DNA from: Selaginella moellendorffii
Taxonomy: Eukaryota > Plantae > Lycopodiophyta
NCBI RefSeq assembly: GCF_000143415.4
Contig: NW_003314289.1
Coordinates: 690,292-754,291, forward strand
Reading direction: 5' to 3'
DNA: 64,000 nt
Each line of letters starts with the position of its first letter. Within the stretch, counting starts at the first letter, position 1. The translations under genes were made by a program, and so were the position numbers. Shown one piece after another: positions 1 through 12,716 of the stretch. The notes below the pieces were generated by a model, which was not told where the DNA came from, searched no databases, and saw nothing but the letters and a program-made list of their open reading frames with translations.

Positions 1-1727
1 TGACTCCGTAAGGGAAGAATCCACCTTCGCTGCTCGGGTGTCCGGGTGTTGTGAAGTTCTTCACGTCTCCCTTGACAAATCCGGCCACAATGATGAACAG
101 TATGAACAAAACATGGGCTATTGTCATCACCATGTTAAAAATGGAGCTGTCTTTGGTGCTGCAGAACAAAGGATATAAAAACATTATAGTCAAATCTTCC
201 CGGATACAAAAACAAGCACAAGCAAGCTCAAGAAAGTCGCGCGACTGCTCGCATTCCAAAGCCTCGCATAACAAAATAAAGACGAACTTCGCAACAATTT
301 CCAGCCAAAACAATTGACCACGAAACCATTTCGAGGATCAAGACTGGTGACTCTATCCACTTGAGAGCGACGATAAAGTCATGGGATTCTGTGCAGTAGC
401 AACCAAAAACGCTAAAGACACCACACAGGCCAGCGGTTTTAATCGATCGGATCCGGCACACGCATCGAATTCTCTCGAGATAAGAACGAGCATAAACTTT
501 GGGGGGCCTGTAGAAACTAAGAACCAGGAGCAATCATCGAGGTATCAATAAACAGAAACTATGCAAAAGGATCCCACCAGGGAAAAAGAAACTCCAAAAA
601 AAAATGAACACCAAAAGCAGCAAACGAGGCAAGAGAAGAATGTTGAAATTTCTCATACCTGTAGCACAAGAAGATTGTGATTATGATGAGCAGAGCCACG
701 GCCGGGAAATCCAGCATGTTGTATTTGGAATGGATTGCTGTCACCTCAATTCTCCAAGCGGCCACTCCAAAGATGGCTGAAAAGTACGCAGTGAAGCTCC
801 TGGCCACGGCAGCGTTGGACAAAACGTACTCCATGAGGAGGTTGGCACCAGTGAAAAACGCAGCGAATTCCCCTAAGAAAGTCGAAGAAAAAAATCCAAC
901 CTCAGCTCGAAACAAAGAAAAGAAACAAAGGCCACAATTCAATCACAAACCATCGAAGATCACAAGGAAAAAAATTCCAAAATCAGCTCGAGCAAGAACG
1001 AAACAAAGACCATCGACAATCCCTGGCTCAAAGGAGCCAATTCGCAAGAAAAAATCCAACATCAGCTCGACCGAGAAACAAAACAAAGAAAGTAAACAAA
1101 GATCACAATTCAATCCCTGGCTCAAAAGGATCACTCACAACTTAACCACCAAAGACCACAAGAAAAAATCAGCAGGTCGAGCAAAACACAAGGAAAAGAA
1201 GCAAAGTTCCAATTCAATCCACAATCCCTGGCTCAAAGGATCACTCACAACACAACTTGGAGCAACGCAAGCACACAAAATAGAAAGCAAAAATAAAGGA
1301 AAGGAGAGGAGTTCTAGGAGTTCTTACCAAATGTGATGCGCAAGTAGCTAAACGCGCCTCCAGCGACGGGCATTTCCACCGCGAATTCGGTGTAGCAGAA
1401 GGCCGAGAGGAGCGCCGAGATGCCAGCCACAATGTATGCCAGCACTATCGATGGCCCGGCGAAGCTCTTGGCGGCGGTGCCGGTCGTGACGAAGATCCCC
1501 GCCCCCAGCATCCCTCCCATTCCCATCGCGATTAGATCATACCACTTGAGCTTGCGCCGCATTTCGGCGCCGGATCGCGATCGCACCTCGTTCATCTCCT
1601 CGCTCGGCGTCCACGACGCGGCCATTCGCTGCTTGAGCCGCGAATGCGTCTTGGACATCGCGGAGAGATAGGCCGTGACGCTGGCGAAGGAGGAAGAGGG
1701 ATCCTCCATGTCGACGCATCGATTCAT
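1..1727 (-). CDS. Cationic amino acid transporter (APC/CAT family, CAT6/7-like), 5' part; exons 1727-1328, 872-659, 158-<1
   Basis: Spliced translation gives ...LKWYDLIAMGMGGMLGAGIFVTTG...AGPSIVLAY...CYTEFAVEMPVAGGAFSYLRITFG|EFAAFFTGANLLMEYVLSNAAVARSF...|STKDSSIFNMVMT...GGFFPYG. GT-AG junctions are phase compatible. Confidence 0.93.
890..1260. repeat. Degenerate ~100-bp tandem repeat within CAT intron 1
   Basis: AATCCCTGGCTCAAAGGA recurs at ~1018, ~1112 and ~1223. CAGCTCGA..AAACAAAG and CAATTCAATC blocks also recur. Confidence 0.7.
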
Positions 1728-4700
1728 CCAATCCAGAAAGGAAGAGAATTTGGGAAAATTTCCTAGTATCGCTCCAAGAACAAGGACTAACTAGCTAGGT
1801 TGGCTTTTATAAAGGAGGTTCCACAAAAGGAATTTGTTCCAACGGTGGAGATGCGCAAACCGAGACCACCCCATGACGTGGACGGCTGCGATTTGGGGGA
1901 TCGTAGCAAAGGGTCAAAACCAAAACGGGGGAGACAATCAATCCTGGCCGTCCACGTGAAATTTGGCGCAGATAAAACTAAACCTTTACCGCCCGTCACG
2001 CGTGAGGGGCGCCAGTACGGACGTTTATCTGGAAACGTACTCCGGTTGGTTGACCTTTCCCCTTTACCTGTGATGGTGGCCTGCCGGCCGCCTTCCCGTG
2101 CCAGTATTTACTCTCAGCACGCTATGGCCGCCAAACGATCCATCTCCCGGCACGGTTAAAACACGAAGTAACCTGGCCACGGGGCTCGAGGTCTTTCACT
2201 TTTCACCTCATCCGTCCGGTAAATTCTCCAGTGCCAGGCCGCCAGCCGCCGTAACAGCGACGCGTGGTAACTAATCTCCCGCCAAAGTAAAGGGCTTACT
2301 AAATTTCGAGGGAATATTAGGGTTACGTGGCGCCGTGGTTATTGATTGTATGGAATATTAAGTGTAACTTTCGAAAGGAGCCACCCCATTCATGCATTGT
2401 CCTTGTATCATAGAGATTCAATGAAAACACCACGGCTATAGCTTGGAAGTACGCTTTCATCTTGCCCTAATATACGTGCGAGGCAGGAAAGCAACCTTTC
2501 ACGCAGCTCTAAATCTTTCCTATAAACTATACACACCAAAGATCAAGCAAACACAAAGGTGGCGATGATCTTGTGACAAAATCTCCAAAGCTGTCTTGAA
2601 ATCTCCATAGTTTTCTCTTTTCTCTTTGGTCCTGTCATGCCAAATGTAATTTTTAGCGTTTTCCGTTGCACGGCGGACGCAAGCAATCGTGATCGAGTCA
2701 ACTTGGCCCGGCTTTGCTGTGAGAACATTAAACTTTAAAAGTCCCCACGGGTGAGATTTGGATCAGTTGGATCATTTCAAACTTGTTTGTTGCTGGTTGG
2801 TTGGCGCGCGGGCCAAAAGTTCGATTCGATGGTGCTTCCGTGCTTCATCGCCTCTGGGTCTTGTTTGCATACAAGTGTTCCACCCAGCCACGCAAAATCC
2901 CGGGATTGATTAACGTAATCCCTATATGAAGATTCTCCATGATTAAGTAAGATTAGTCAAGAACACTGTAAGATCCTGCAATTCTTCGATAATCTCGTAT
3001 CTGTGAAAAAGATTGAAAAAACAAGCCATGCATTTTGCATTTGGGAAGCCCTTGAAACATCAAACTCAAAGATTGGAATGCTTGGAAGTGTGAAAGTCCA
3101 GCACACATAAGATGCAGATTCCATACTTGTTCACGCTTGAAGCATTTGTAATGTTTTTCTAAACACCACTTGTGCTGGGTTGATGATTTTTTGACTACAT
3201 GTTGTTGGGGTCTTGCCAACCAGAGGCACGAAACCATTTACATATTGATGCAATGCAAACTCACTCACTCACACTTTTGAGTCTTTTTAGTTTTTTTGGT
3301 GAACACTTGCAATCCACGACAAGAACCGTTTTGCAATCAAGATTTGGTTGAGATCAGTCACTGCTTAATCTGCCTTTGATTACTCTAATAAACTAGGTAG
3401 CGGAATTTCAATAGGCGATTTACAAAATGTAGTCTCGGATCCGCTGCGTCAACTTTTCCATGGCACACAGATCCGCTGTCCGAATTTTTATTTTCATAAG
3501 GGGGCAAAGTTGACGTGTGTCTGACAAATTGCGCATCACTAGGAACGTCACCTGTTCCTGCATTCATCTAAACAAATCGCTGCTGCACATTGACATTTTG
3601 GGAAAGCGGGGAGGCGTTTCTGATTCTCTCTTCTTTCACAAAAATAAAAACGATAAAACAACCATGGGGGAAGTTGAACTCGGACACAGCGGTGGTGATG
3701 GGTTGCGCTTGTTCCAATTATTTTAAAGAACGGCAGATTTCTTTCATGGTGGCCAACATTTACAAATGAGAGACAAAGACGCCAACTTTCAACAAAGGAA
3801 ATACGACTTCATAATCTCCTTTCCATTTTAAAACCCCGAGAAGAAAGATTTTATAGAGAAAGTTTTTGGCAACATGTAAGTTATGAGGAGCAGAACAAAG
3901 CAGCCAGGCAGGCCATGCCTCCTCGCAAGGAGTCGTAATCCAAAACACGTCCAAGCAGCAGTATAGCAGGAGCAAACACACCTCCCATTCTTTTCGCGAC
4001 GAGATTTTTATAGACGCCCTGCAACAATCGCCAGGATTTTAAAGGCTGCCATGGATCGATCGATCGAGATCAGCGAGTAAAGTATACCGCCAGTGGATCA
4101 TCCAATCGCGAAAGCCGCGTACACAGCTTCCCTCAAACAAGAGTAGTTTTTGCTTGTGTCCAGCTTGCCTTCGTTTTGCTTTCGTTTTCAAGCAGAGAGA
4201 CGCATGGCCCATCCCCGTGATCCTAGTTAAGAGAGAGGGAAAAACAATCAAGGATTTTGGCAATGCCACTTTGAAATGAAAGAAAAAAGTCGAACCTTCG
4301 TTTCTTCTTGCTGCTCGTGGTCCATCACCTTCACTCTTTACGGCAGCTTCTTATCGTTTTCTCGCCAAACGCCGTTCCTTTAGGTAGCTTTCTCCTTTCT
4401 CTGCTTCTTTTCTTTTTCATTGAGCTCCCGGACCACTCCTCCCTGACCAGGAAAATTGCAAATTTTGATGGAACTTTCGGAAGCTCGAAGAATCATACCT
4501 GATCTCTGGAGGAACGATGTTGAATCCTGGTCACATATAGTCGGTGCAAAGGCAGAGAAAGGAACTCGCTACTTAGCCTTCAAGCAAGTTGTGCGTGACT
4601 GCTCTCTCGTAGAGCTGGGACCAGCATTATATGGTCCCGTCGTGGGGAGTTGCTAGCCAAAAGCCACGAGTCAACTGTATATGCAGCGTAGGACCGAAAC

Positions 4701-5309
4701 TCGCGGCAATGGAAATCTGAATAATTCACCTCAGTTATTTCGTTTTCGAAAATTTGGAAAAGACCTTACCTCATAGTGGATGAGGTCAGTTCCTTTCTCT
4801 TTCTCTCTTTTCTTCCCTTTGACAATTTGAGACGTGATGTCACTTGAACTTATGTGAGCCTGAGAAGAAGAAAAGAAAGTACTTATGTTTCCTCAAGGCT
4901 TCAAGGACACTTTTATAATTGCTGAAACCGTTCCCTTGAAACTTCTGCAACATCGGCCGAGAAGAATTGAGTTAGAATGCATGGAAAAGAAAGTACTGAG
5001 ATCTTTAGTCTAACTTACATCACTTCGATGAACTTGCGAAAATCTTGATAGCGACAATCTGTATGTCATGTTTAGCACAAGGAATATGAGAAAGAAAGAA
5101 AAAATCGTGTCTTTGAATTAAACCAGCAGTAAAACCTATGCAAGTTCCAGTTAGTTTCTCCCAGGATTGTCAAGAAAAGCGAAAAACAATAACTTACATT
5201 AGTGAACTCGATCTCTGCTCCTTTGAGAAGGCTCCTTGATCTTCTCTCTCTGATGAAGAAGAAACGAGAAAAAAAAACACGAGAGAACGCACGATTTCGT
5301 GGATTTGAG

Positions 5310-5897
5310 CTAGCAAATCCACTTCTCACCCCTGACTTGTTTCAGTGCCGCCACCCTCGAGTTCTCTCTAGCGATGGCTTCTTCCTTTCTAGAAATTCTA
5401 TCCTTCCATGCCGCCAGAGCCTTCTCTCTCGCCTTCTCAGCCTCTACTCTCACACTCTCACCATCGATCACTACATTCTCTAACGAGTTCTTGCCACTAG
5501 AAAACCACCCCCTTGTACTGTGAATGTAGCGTTTGCCACTAGCCCTGTGCTCTAGAGATCCATCCCTGACTCTCTCTATCATCGTTATCCCAGCCGGAGC
5601 TTTCCGAAAGAGATGGAATCCATCGTCTTCTTCCTGGGATGGAGCAGCCACTGGACGATCTGGCTCCTCCTCCGCGCGGATAATCTCCACTGTCTTGTCC
5701 AGGAATTCGTGGAGGTGATCTTGGAGCCGAACCTGGTAGAACTTGAGGTGATGATCGTCGGCGGCGCCTTCTTCTACCTGGCGATCGATTGGCCTAGCAG
5801 CGGATGGAGTGAGAGAGCTATAATCCACGACGCAGCTGCGCAGCCGCTGCTCTTCCTCCTCCTCTTCGCTCGATTCTTGCATCGATCGCTTTCTCAT
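5310..5897 (-). CDS. CUSTOS-like / plant uncharacterised acidic-basic protein, intact single-exon copy (195 aa)
   Basis: MRKRSMQESSEEEEEEQRLRSCVVD...QVRLQDHLHEFLDKTVEI...EDDGFHLFRK...VAALKQVRGEKW. Motifs match, from recall, a conserved plant family ending AELKKVRGEKW and animal CUSTOS (EDDGFRLF). Confidence 0.7.
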   Translation of the reverse strand: MRKRSMQESSEEEEEEQRLRSCVVDYSSLTPSAARPIDRQVEEGAADDHHLKFYQVRLQDHLHEFLDKTVEIIRAEEEPDRPVAAPSQEEDDGFHLFRKAPAGITMIERVRDGSLEHRASGKRYIHSTRGWFSSGKNSLENVVIDGESVRVEAEKAREKALAAWKDRISRKEEAIARENSRVAALKQVRGEKWIC

Positions 5898-6074
5898 CTC
5901 CAAAACCCTAGGAAGAATGCGCTCACCTCTCTGGATCCAGCAATGCGCGGCCGATCTAGACGAGCTAGCTCCGCTCCTCCAGCGCTCCAAGCTCGCATCG
6001 ATCGATCGTCTCGCTAGGGTAAAGCATGGAGGATGGAAATATTTCAAGGGTTTTTGGTGTTTGAAAGAGTCAAG

Positions 6075-6640
6075 ATGGGCGACAGGCCAGGCACTGGATT
6101 CGCGACCGCGGCAGCGTCATGGCGCCGGCGACGAGACAATCCCAGGTTTTCTAGCTTCTCGAGTTCCATGGATGACGTTACATTCTCTAGCAATTCGGAG
6201 CCGCAAGGAAAGACTGCTAGCCTCCAGCTCTATGGACAGATCGAGAAGTATGCTGGTGAAAGAATTTCGATGAATTGCCTCGTTTTCATGCTTTCTTTCC
6301 AGGGTTTTTGTGGACTCTGCGATGAAAACACAAGGAACTCTTGGACGCTGGCAGGAAATCCAAGTAAGCTCTATCTGTTTTTTTTCTTTCGCGGAGACAG
6401 CACTGGTGATTTTGTTTTCCTTCTCCAGGGAGCATGGATTCTAAGACCGAGCAAAGGAGATCAGTTGCCCGTTTTGTGGGTGGTGCTCCACGGATCACGT
6501 ATCGCTTGTTTCTGGAACGCCTTATAGAGCCCTTAAGGACTAGCAACAGTTTCGGTGGGCAGAGAGGTGAGTTTTTCATATTGTATAGAATGATTAACTC
6601 TTTTTCTTTTTCTTTCCATGCAGAGGATTCTTGATCATAA
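6075..6640 (+). pseudogene. Truncated, deleted 5' duplicate of the DUF1350 gene
   Basis: Inverted near-copy of ~11130-11753 (LQLYGQIEK, QGAWILRPSKGD, YRLFLERL) with internal deletions and a frameshift. Ends in AT-rich repeat DNA. Confidence 0.85.
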
Positions 6641-7829
6641 CAATGCTATAATGCCATTTATTTGTTATGATAGCACTTCAAAAGACATTCTATATTGACC
6701 ATTTCACCTTTAATAAGTGTCCTACTCAGCCACTTTAACCATATCATATCATTTGTTTAAATTATTATTTTGAATTAAGGACATTGTTATTCAACCTAGC
6801 AAAGAGCTTATCCTTAGCTAGCCATAAGATCACTTTGGGATTTTATATTAATACTTTGATATAGTTAGAAATAGATACTGTGTTTGCTTGACCCTTGGAG
6901 TTGTTGATGCATCCTCACACTCCACACTCCACAATGCATCTAAGTTATCCCTTTCAGCCAAGGGTTTGTAGCAATTAAGATTATGTATCCCCATCCTATT
7001 CACTATATCTTCAGTGTCATTTCCACTAAAGTATTTTAGTTAAATGTGTTAAAATTTTATATTAAATACACTAATTATGAACTTGATGGTGTGTCCAAGC
7101 TAACATCATTATTGATAACCATTGTTAAATGAGTGTTCTTATATTTTAAACCATTATTATACCCTAATGCCCTTCAAACACTAAAGAGTTGAAATTTTAA
7201 CTTAACCTCTATATATACATCTACAGATGGTATTATATAGGATGTTTGGCATAACTTTTCATGTTGGTACACCAATTTTATATCCATGCTAATTAATTTT
7301 TCTTTCTTATATAGGCTATAGTTTAGAAATTTTGTTCCTCCTAACTTCCAAGTTATCTCACTGGACAAATTAGATGATCAACTTATGATTATGTATAAAC
7401 TCCATGTTTGGTTTTACAAGTTTTCTTTTTTGAAGTCAACTCTTCAATTATGAACCTCATTCTTTTGACTTGCTAATCCCACTTAATAAGTCATTAAGTC
7501 AATATAATATAATTTACTCCTAAGTATCTATACATGTGATTATGGGATTATCACCTTAGATCCTTGGAACCTTAAAGAATAAATAGAGATAAAATAACCA
7601 CTAAAGGCTCTCTTATGAAGCAATTACCCTTTTTCCAATTGGCTAAAGGGAAAGAAATAGGGTGTGTTATATATAGTATTAGACCAAATGGCATAGGTTC
7701 GAATTATATTGATTAGTGGCTACTTAAAATATAATATACCTTTAAGCAAAGTATATTTTTACCACTAAAATTGAAATCGTGGCATTCATAAATATGTCTT
7801 TTGTCTTGGACGTAAATATCCACAATAGG

Positions 7830-8412
7830 TGTAAGCAACCAAAAGGAATGACTCGAGAGACAATCTATAGGGTTCAAATGTAAAGGGAAAGGGCCTATGA
7901 ATAAGAGTGCACCTTCTTTTCCAATCGGTTAAAGGTCTTGGGATACTTAGGGTTAAACATCCTTGGGTTTGAATAGTATTGGGTTGGGTGACTTCTCGGG
8001 AAGTCTAAACTCAGGAGCTTACAGAGTGGTTTTATGTCCGACTCTGTTGGTTGGATAAGGGAATCACACCACATGTTGATTGACATCTGGCTGGTTCAAT
8101 TTGCTTCTGCTGGGCTCGACTCGAGGGGTAGGGTATCAAGAGAGCAGGGCTCTCGGGAGAGCTGCGGCTCTCAGCTTCCATTCACGAGGGCGTGAACTTG
8201 CAGGGAAGCGTGGTAGATTGTAAGCAACAAAAAAGAACGACTTAAGAGACGATCTATAGGGTTTAAATATAAAGGGAAAAGGCCCATAAATAAAAATGCA
8301 CCCCATTTTCAAATCGGTTAAAGGTTTTGGGATATTTCGGGTTAAATGTTCTTGGGTTTGAATAAAACTGGGCTAGATGACTTCTCGGGAAGTTTAAACT
8401 TAAGAGCTTACA
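7830..8412 (+). mobile_element. Cassandra-like TRIM retrotransposon: LTRs 7830-8023 and 8219-8412, each with a 5S rRNA-like segment
   Basis: Two 194-bp direct repeats bounded by TGTAAG...CTTACA, a 195-bp internal domain with degenerate PBS (TGGTTTTATGTCCG) and a purine tract before the 3' LTR. Flanks ATAGG/ATGGG form a 5-bp TSD with 1 mismatch. 7951-8005 aligns ungapped to the 5S A-box to C-box region. Confidence 0.88.
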
Positions 8413-9867
8413 ATGGGATTATAGTATAAGTAGTCATCGGATTGGTTTCAATCCAGACCACTCGCTCCTGTATATAAACTAGGGTTGTTGGGCTAATTGA
8501 TATGCACATTTTCTGTATTCCCTTTCCATATTCTAAACACTCACAACTCTAAATTGTATTTAGATTTTTGTAAGGAATTAATCTGCTAGTAACCTTGTCA
8601 AAACTTGTTCAATTATGTCCACAAATGGTTTGTTAAATTGCCATGTACTTATAGAGTTACTTATAGAAGGCATATTGCAAAAAACAGATGTATATTTTAA
8701 AGGTATTTATTCTTTGTAGTCATTCACCATTTCCAAGTTTAATTAGTCACTATCCTCAGTGGCATTCCATGTTGCTAACTGCACAGTACAAGGCACTCTA
8801 GCCTGTCTCTGGCTCTGTCCTTGAGGCTCCTGTCTTGCTCGGTATCGTTTTCCTCGTGGTCCAAAGCATCCCAAACAAACATAATCCTATCACCAAACTG
8901 GTTGCACCAGTGCTGGAGCGAAGGAACAGTCTTGTTTTCATTGATCACTCTTCCCTTTTGCAACTGTGGAATTCTGGAATGCCAGAAGCAGCCCAGCCCA
9001 GAGTGTCCCAAAAAAGTCGCAGATACAATCCCTGACATTCATGAACACGACAAGAGCCATTAGCTACGAAGATTGCACTTAGAAACCCTAAAGTGGAAAA
9101 GGTTAATTTAAATTAATTATTTTCAGGGTTTAGTAGAGCAGTGACTGAGTTACTCATCCGCTTCTCGCTGCTCTAGAAAGCAAATCTTCCAGATCTGACC
9201 TTGTACAAAAAATAAAAGCTAGCTACACAACGCTTGATGTTACCTACAGTTCTATCCTTCTGCCATCTGGACACAAGGTCTTCCTCCACAATCTGAGGGA
9301 CGTACGAGAGAGCTCACAAAAAAAGCGTCACACTCGTAGCCTTTGCTCGCAAGCTGGGAATGTAACACTTAAGAGATGAGCAGGGAAAAACTTTCTGAGA
9401 TTCCATAACTAGATCTTCTACAAATGGTTGACACCAGTTTCGTTCAGCCTTCCTGCGTTCAGATCAGTCTCGTCTAAAGTATGCTAGAAATGTTAGATGG
9501 TAGAATATGCTATATGGTTCATTACTTTTACCCACTCTAAAACTTACAGATACACTTTCTAGCTAAATTCACCAAAATCAGTCGCAAATTACCACAACAC
9601 ATCAAGTTATTTTGGTGTCCCAAAACGTATTTCTGGATACTACAGATAGCCATGACAAAACCTCAAAGACAACCATACTTTCAAGGATAGAAGCACATAA
9701 ATCATGAGCAAACTTTTCAACATCTATGAGATGCCTTTTTTGTCCATAGACCTTGCACAATTTTCACAACCATTCAAAATCTGAAGATTAGTATATTTCC
9801 TATAGTTGTTTTGTCAACCATGCAGGGTCTAAATCAGAATTAATATACACACTTACATACATATTCG

Positions 9868-11753
9868 TTACTCAGCACGGCTTTGTATCGACAATAGCAT
9901 CCACGCTGCGATTTCTTCCACCAAGTTTTCGATATCTTCCAGAAGCTGCTGGCGAAGCCGCTGAGACGCTGGATCAGATCCAAAAGTCTGCCCAACCTCT
10001 TTGGCCACCCCTTCGAAAAGAGTGCCCGCCGCTAGCGATGCTAGCAAATCGCTTCCTCGCGTCACAGCGTCAGCCATCACGCCAGGAACCTCGGGAAATA
10101 CCTGTTAAACTATCAGAAACTTTGCAAGAACTGGAGTGTTTTCTTGGAGAGAAGTATCACCTGCTGGAGAGGCCTGGCGTGATCTCCAGATAACGTCCTC
10201 ACTGACAAGTCGAGGCTCATGCTCACAGCAGAGCTCGAGCTCAAGATCTTGGCCAGCTCCGGAGTTTCGTCGATCACATCGTCCTTGAAACGCACCAGTA
10301 GATTACGTCTGATGCCATAGTAGGATCTTATCTGGACAATTGACACAAACATTAGCTCAAGCGTTTCAGCAAAAGCACGAGAAACACACACACACACACA
10401 CACAAAATAAAAAAATAGTTTTGTACCAATCTAGTTGCATCTTCTACGGTTGGAGTGAAGTCTTCTTTACCGTTTGCCAGCTCCATGTACAAGGAGGGAA
10501 GCTGCTCGACAAGAGGAAGGATCTGCTTCACGAGTGGCGGACTGAGAGTTTCGAGTTGCCTCTTTGCCATTTCTGCCTATGAGAAGCAAATGCTTAAAAA
10601 CACACAGCGATTGCATGAAATGTAGAACGATTACCCCGAAGCGAACGGTGGGAGAGTTGCTGATTTGTGTGAGGAGGGGCCCGAGGTTTTGAGCCATTGG
10701 AACTGCAACCGGTGAGAACAAAGGAATTGCTTGCTTGGCCCCCTGAACAGTGCTGGGATGTTAATTATGCTTTTGAACGAGAAGAATACACACCTTGTTG
10801 TTGAAAGACATCAGAACGTTGCCTGCCCGTTCCACTGCATAACGGGCTCCTGTGACATAGACCAGAGTGAACACAGAACCTTCAAGAGGGTCGGGTCGAT
10901 GGAATACAACCAATAAGAAGATGTACCAGTGCTCCTAGAGAATGCCCGACACCAAAGCTAGGCAGTGATTCCAACTGCTAACACGAACAAGCAGCTTGTA
11001 AGATGCGTTACAGAAAAAAGAACCAAACTTACAGATTGCTCTTTCAAGGCTCTTATGCAGCGATCAAACTTAAACTGCGTCTCGTCAGCGATCTTCAAGT
11101 GGTCGAAGCCACTCGCGAATGGCGTTGCTATGATCAAGAATCCTCTGCATGGAAAAGAAAAAGATGGAGAGTTAAAATCAATACGAAACTCTCACCTCTC
11201 TGCAAGGCGTTCCAGAAACAAGCGATACGTGATCTGTGGAGCAGCTCCCACAAAAACACCACCCACAAAATGGACAACTCCAACAGGATCTCCTTTGCTC
11301 GGTCTTAGAATCCATGCTCCCTGGAGAAGAAAAACAAAATCACCAGTGCTCTCTCCGCGAAAGAAAAAAAAAAAAGTAGAGCTTACTTGGATTTCTTGCC
11401 AGCGTCCAAGAGTTCCTTGTGCTTTCATCGCAGAGTCCACAAAAACCCTAGAAAGAAAGAACAAGCATGAAAACGAGGCAATTCATCGAAATTCTTTCAC
11501 CAGCATACTTCTCGATCTGTCCATAGAGCTGGAGGCTATCATTCTTTCCTTGCGGCTCCGAATTGCTAGAGAATGTAACCACGAGACGTCTTCCAGATCT
11601 TCCCCTGGAACTCGAGAAGCTAGAAAACCTGGGATTGTCTCGTCGCCGGCGCCATGACGCTGCGACGGTCGCGAATCCAGTGCCTCCCCTGGCAGAAGAA
11701 GCCGCGCAATGATCTCCTCCAGCTGGAAGGGTCGACAGTAGCGCCTCGCCCAT
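9868..11753 (-). CDS. DUF1350 alpha/beta-hydrolase-fold protein, probably plastid-targeted; multi-exon, apparently intact
   Basis: Exons encode VVHFVGGVFVGAAPQITYRLFLERL, IIATPFASGFDH, nucleophile motif GVGHSLG, GNVLMSFNNK, YYGIRRNLLVRFKDDVIDET and LSGDHARP. N-terminus is Ser/Arg-rich and transit-peptide-like. Confidence 0.88.
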
Positions 11754-11928
11754 CCTGACTCTTTCAAACACCAAAAACCCTCGAAATAACCATGCTTTAC
11801 CCTAGCGAGACGATCGGTCGATCGATCGATGCGATCTTGGAGCGCTGGAGGAGCGGAGCTAGCTCGTCTAGATCGTCCGCGCATTGCTGGATCCAGAGAG
11901 GTGAGCGCATTCTTCCTAGGGTTTTGGA

Positions 11929-12475
11929 GATGAGAAAGCGATCGATGCAAGAATCGAGCGAAGTGGAGGAGGAAGAGAAGCGGCTGCGCAGCTGCGTCGT
12001 GGACTATAGCTCGCTCACTCCATCCGCTGCTAGGCCTAGAATCGAACGCCAGGTAGAAGAAGGCGCCGCCGACGATCACACCTCAGGTTCGCCTCCAAGA
12101 TCAGCTCCACGAATTCCTGGACAAGACAGTGGAGATTATCCGCGCGGAGGAGGAGCCAGATGGCTGCTCCATCCCGGGATGGATTCCATCTCTTTGGGAA
12201 AGCTAACGATGATAGAGACAGTCAGGGATGGGTCTCTAGAGCACAGGGCTAGCAGCAAGCGCTACATTCACAGTACAAGGGGGTGGTTTTCTAGTGGCAT
12301 GGCAAGAACTCGTTAGAGAATATAGTGATCGATGCTGAGAGTGTGAGAGTAGAGGCTAAGAAGAAGGCTCTGGCGACATGGAAGGATAGAATTTCTAGAA
12401 AGGAATCGCTAGAGAGAACTCGAGGGTGGTGGCGGCACTGAAACAAGTCAGGGGTGAGAAGTGGATTTGCTAGCT
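11929..12475 (+). pseudogene. Frameshifted CUSTOS-like duplicate
   Basis: Inverted near-copy of 5310-5897 with several short deletions. Reading frame is lost after AADDH. Confidence 0.85.
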
Positions 12476-12716
12476 CAATTCCACGAAATCGTGCGTCTTC
12501 TCTCTTGTTTTTTTTCGTTTCTTCTTCATCAGAAGAGAAGATCAAGGGGCCTTCTCAAAGGAGCAGCGATAATGTCAGTTATTGTTTTTCGCTTTTCTTG
12601 ACAACGCTGGGAGAAACTAAGCGTTGCTAGTTTAATTCTTTCGTATTCCTTGTGCTAAACAGGTTCACAATGCGAACTTACAGGTTCTCGATACAAACTT
12701 TCAGATTTTTTATACA

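Noticed and set aside
677-1336. 219-aa Lys-rich + strand ORF
   Set aside because: Antisense to CAT exon 2 and its repetitive intron; low-complexity artefact.
3368-3740. Possible TIR element (AATCTGCC...GGCAGATT)
   Set aside because: Only 8 bp of inverted match and no convincing TSD.
7951-8005. Stand-alone 5S rRNA gene
   Set aside because: Only the internal part matches and it sits inside LTRs.
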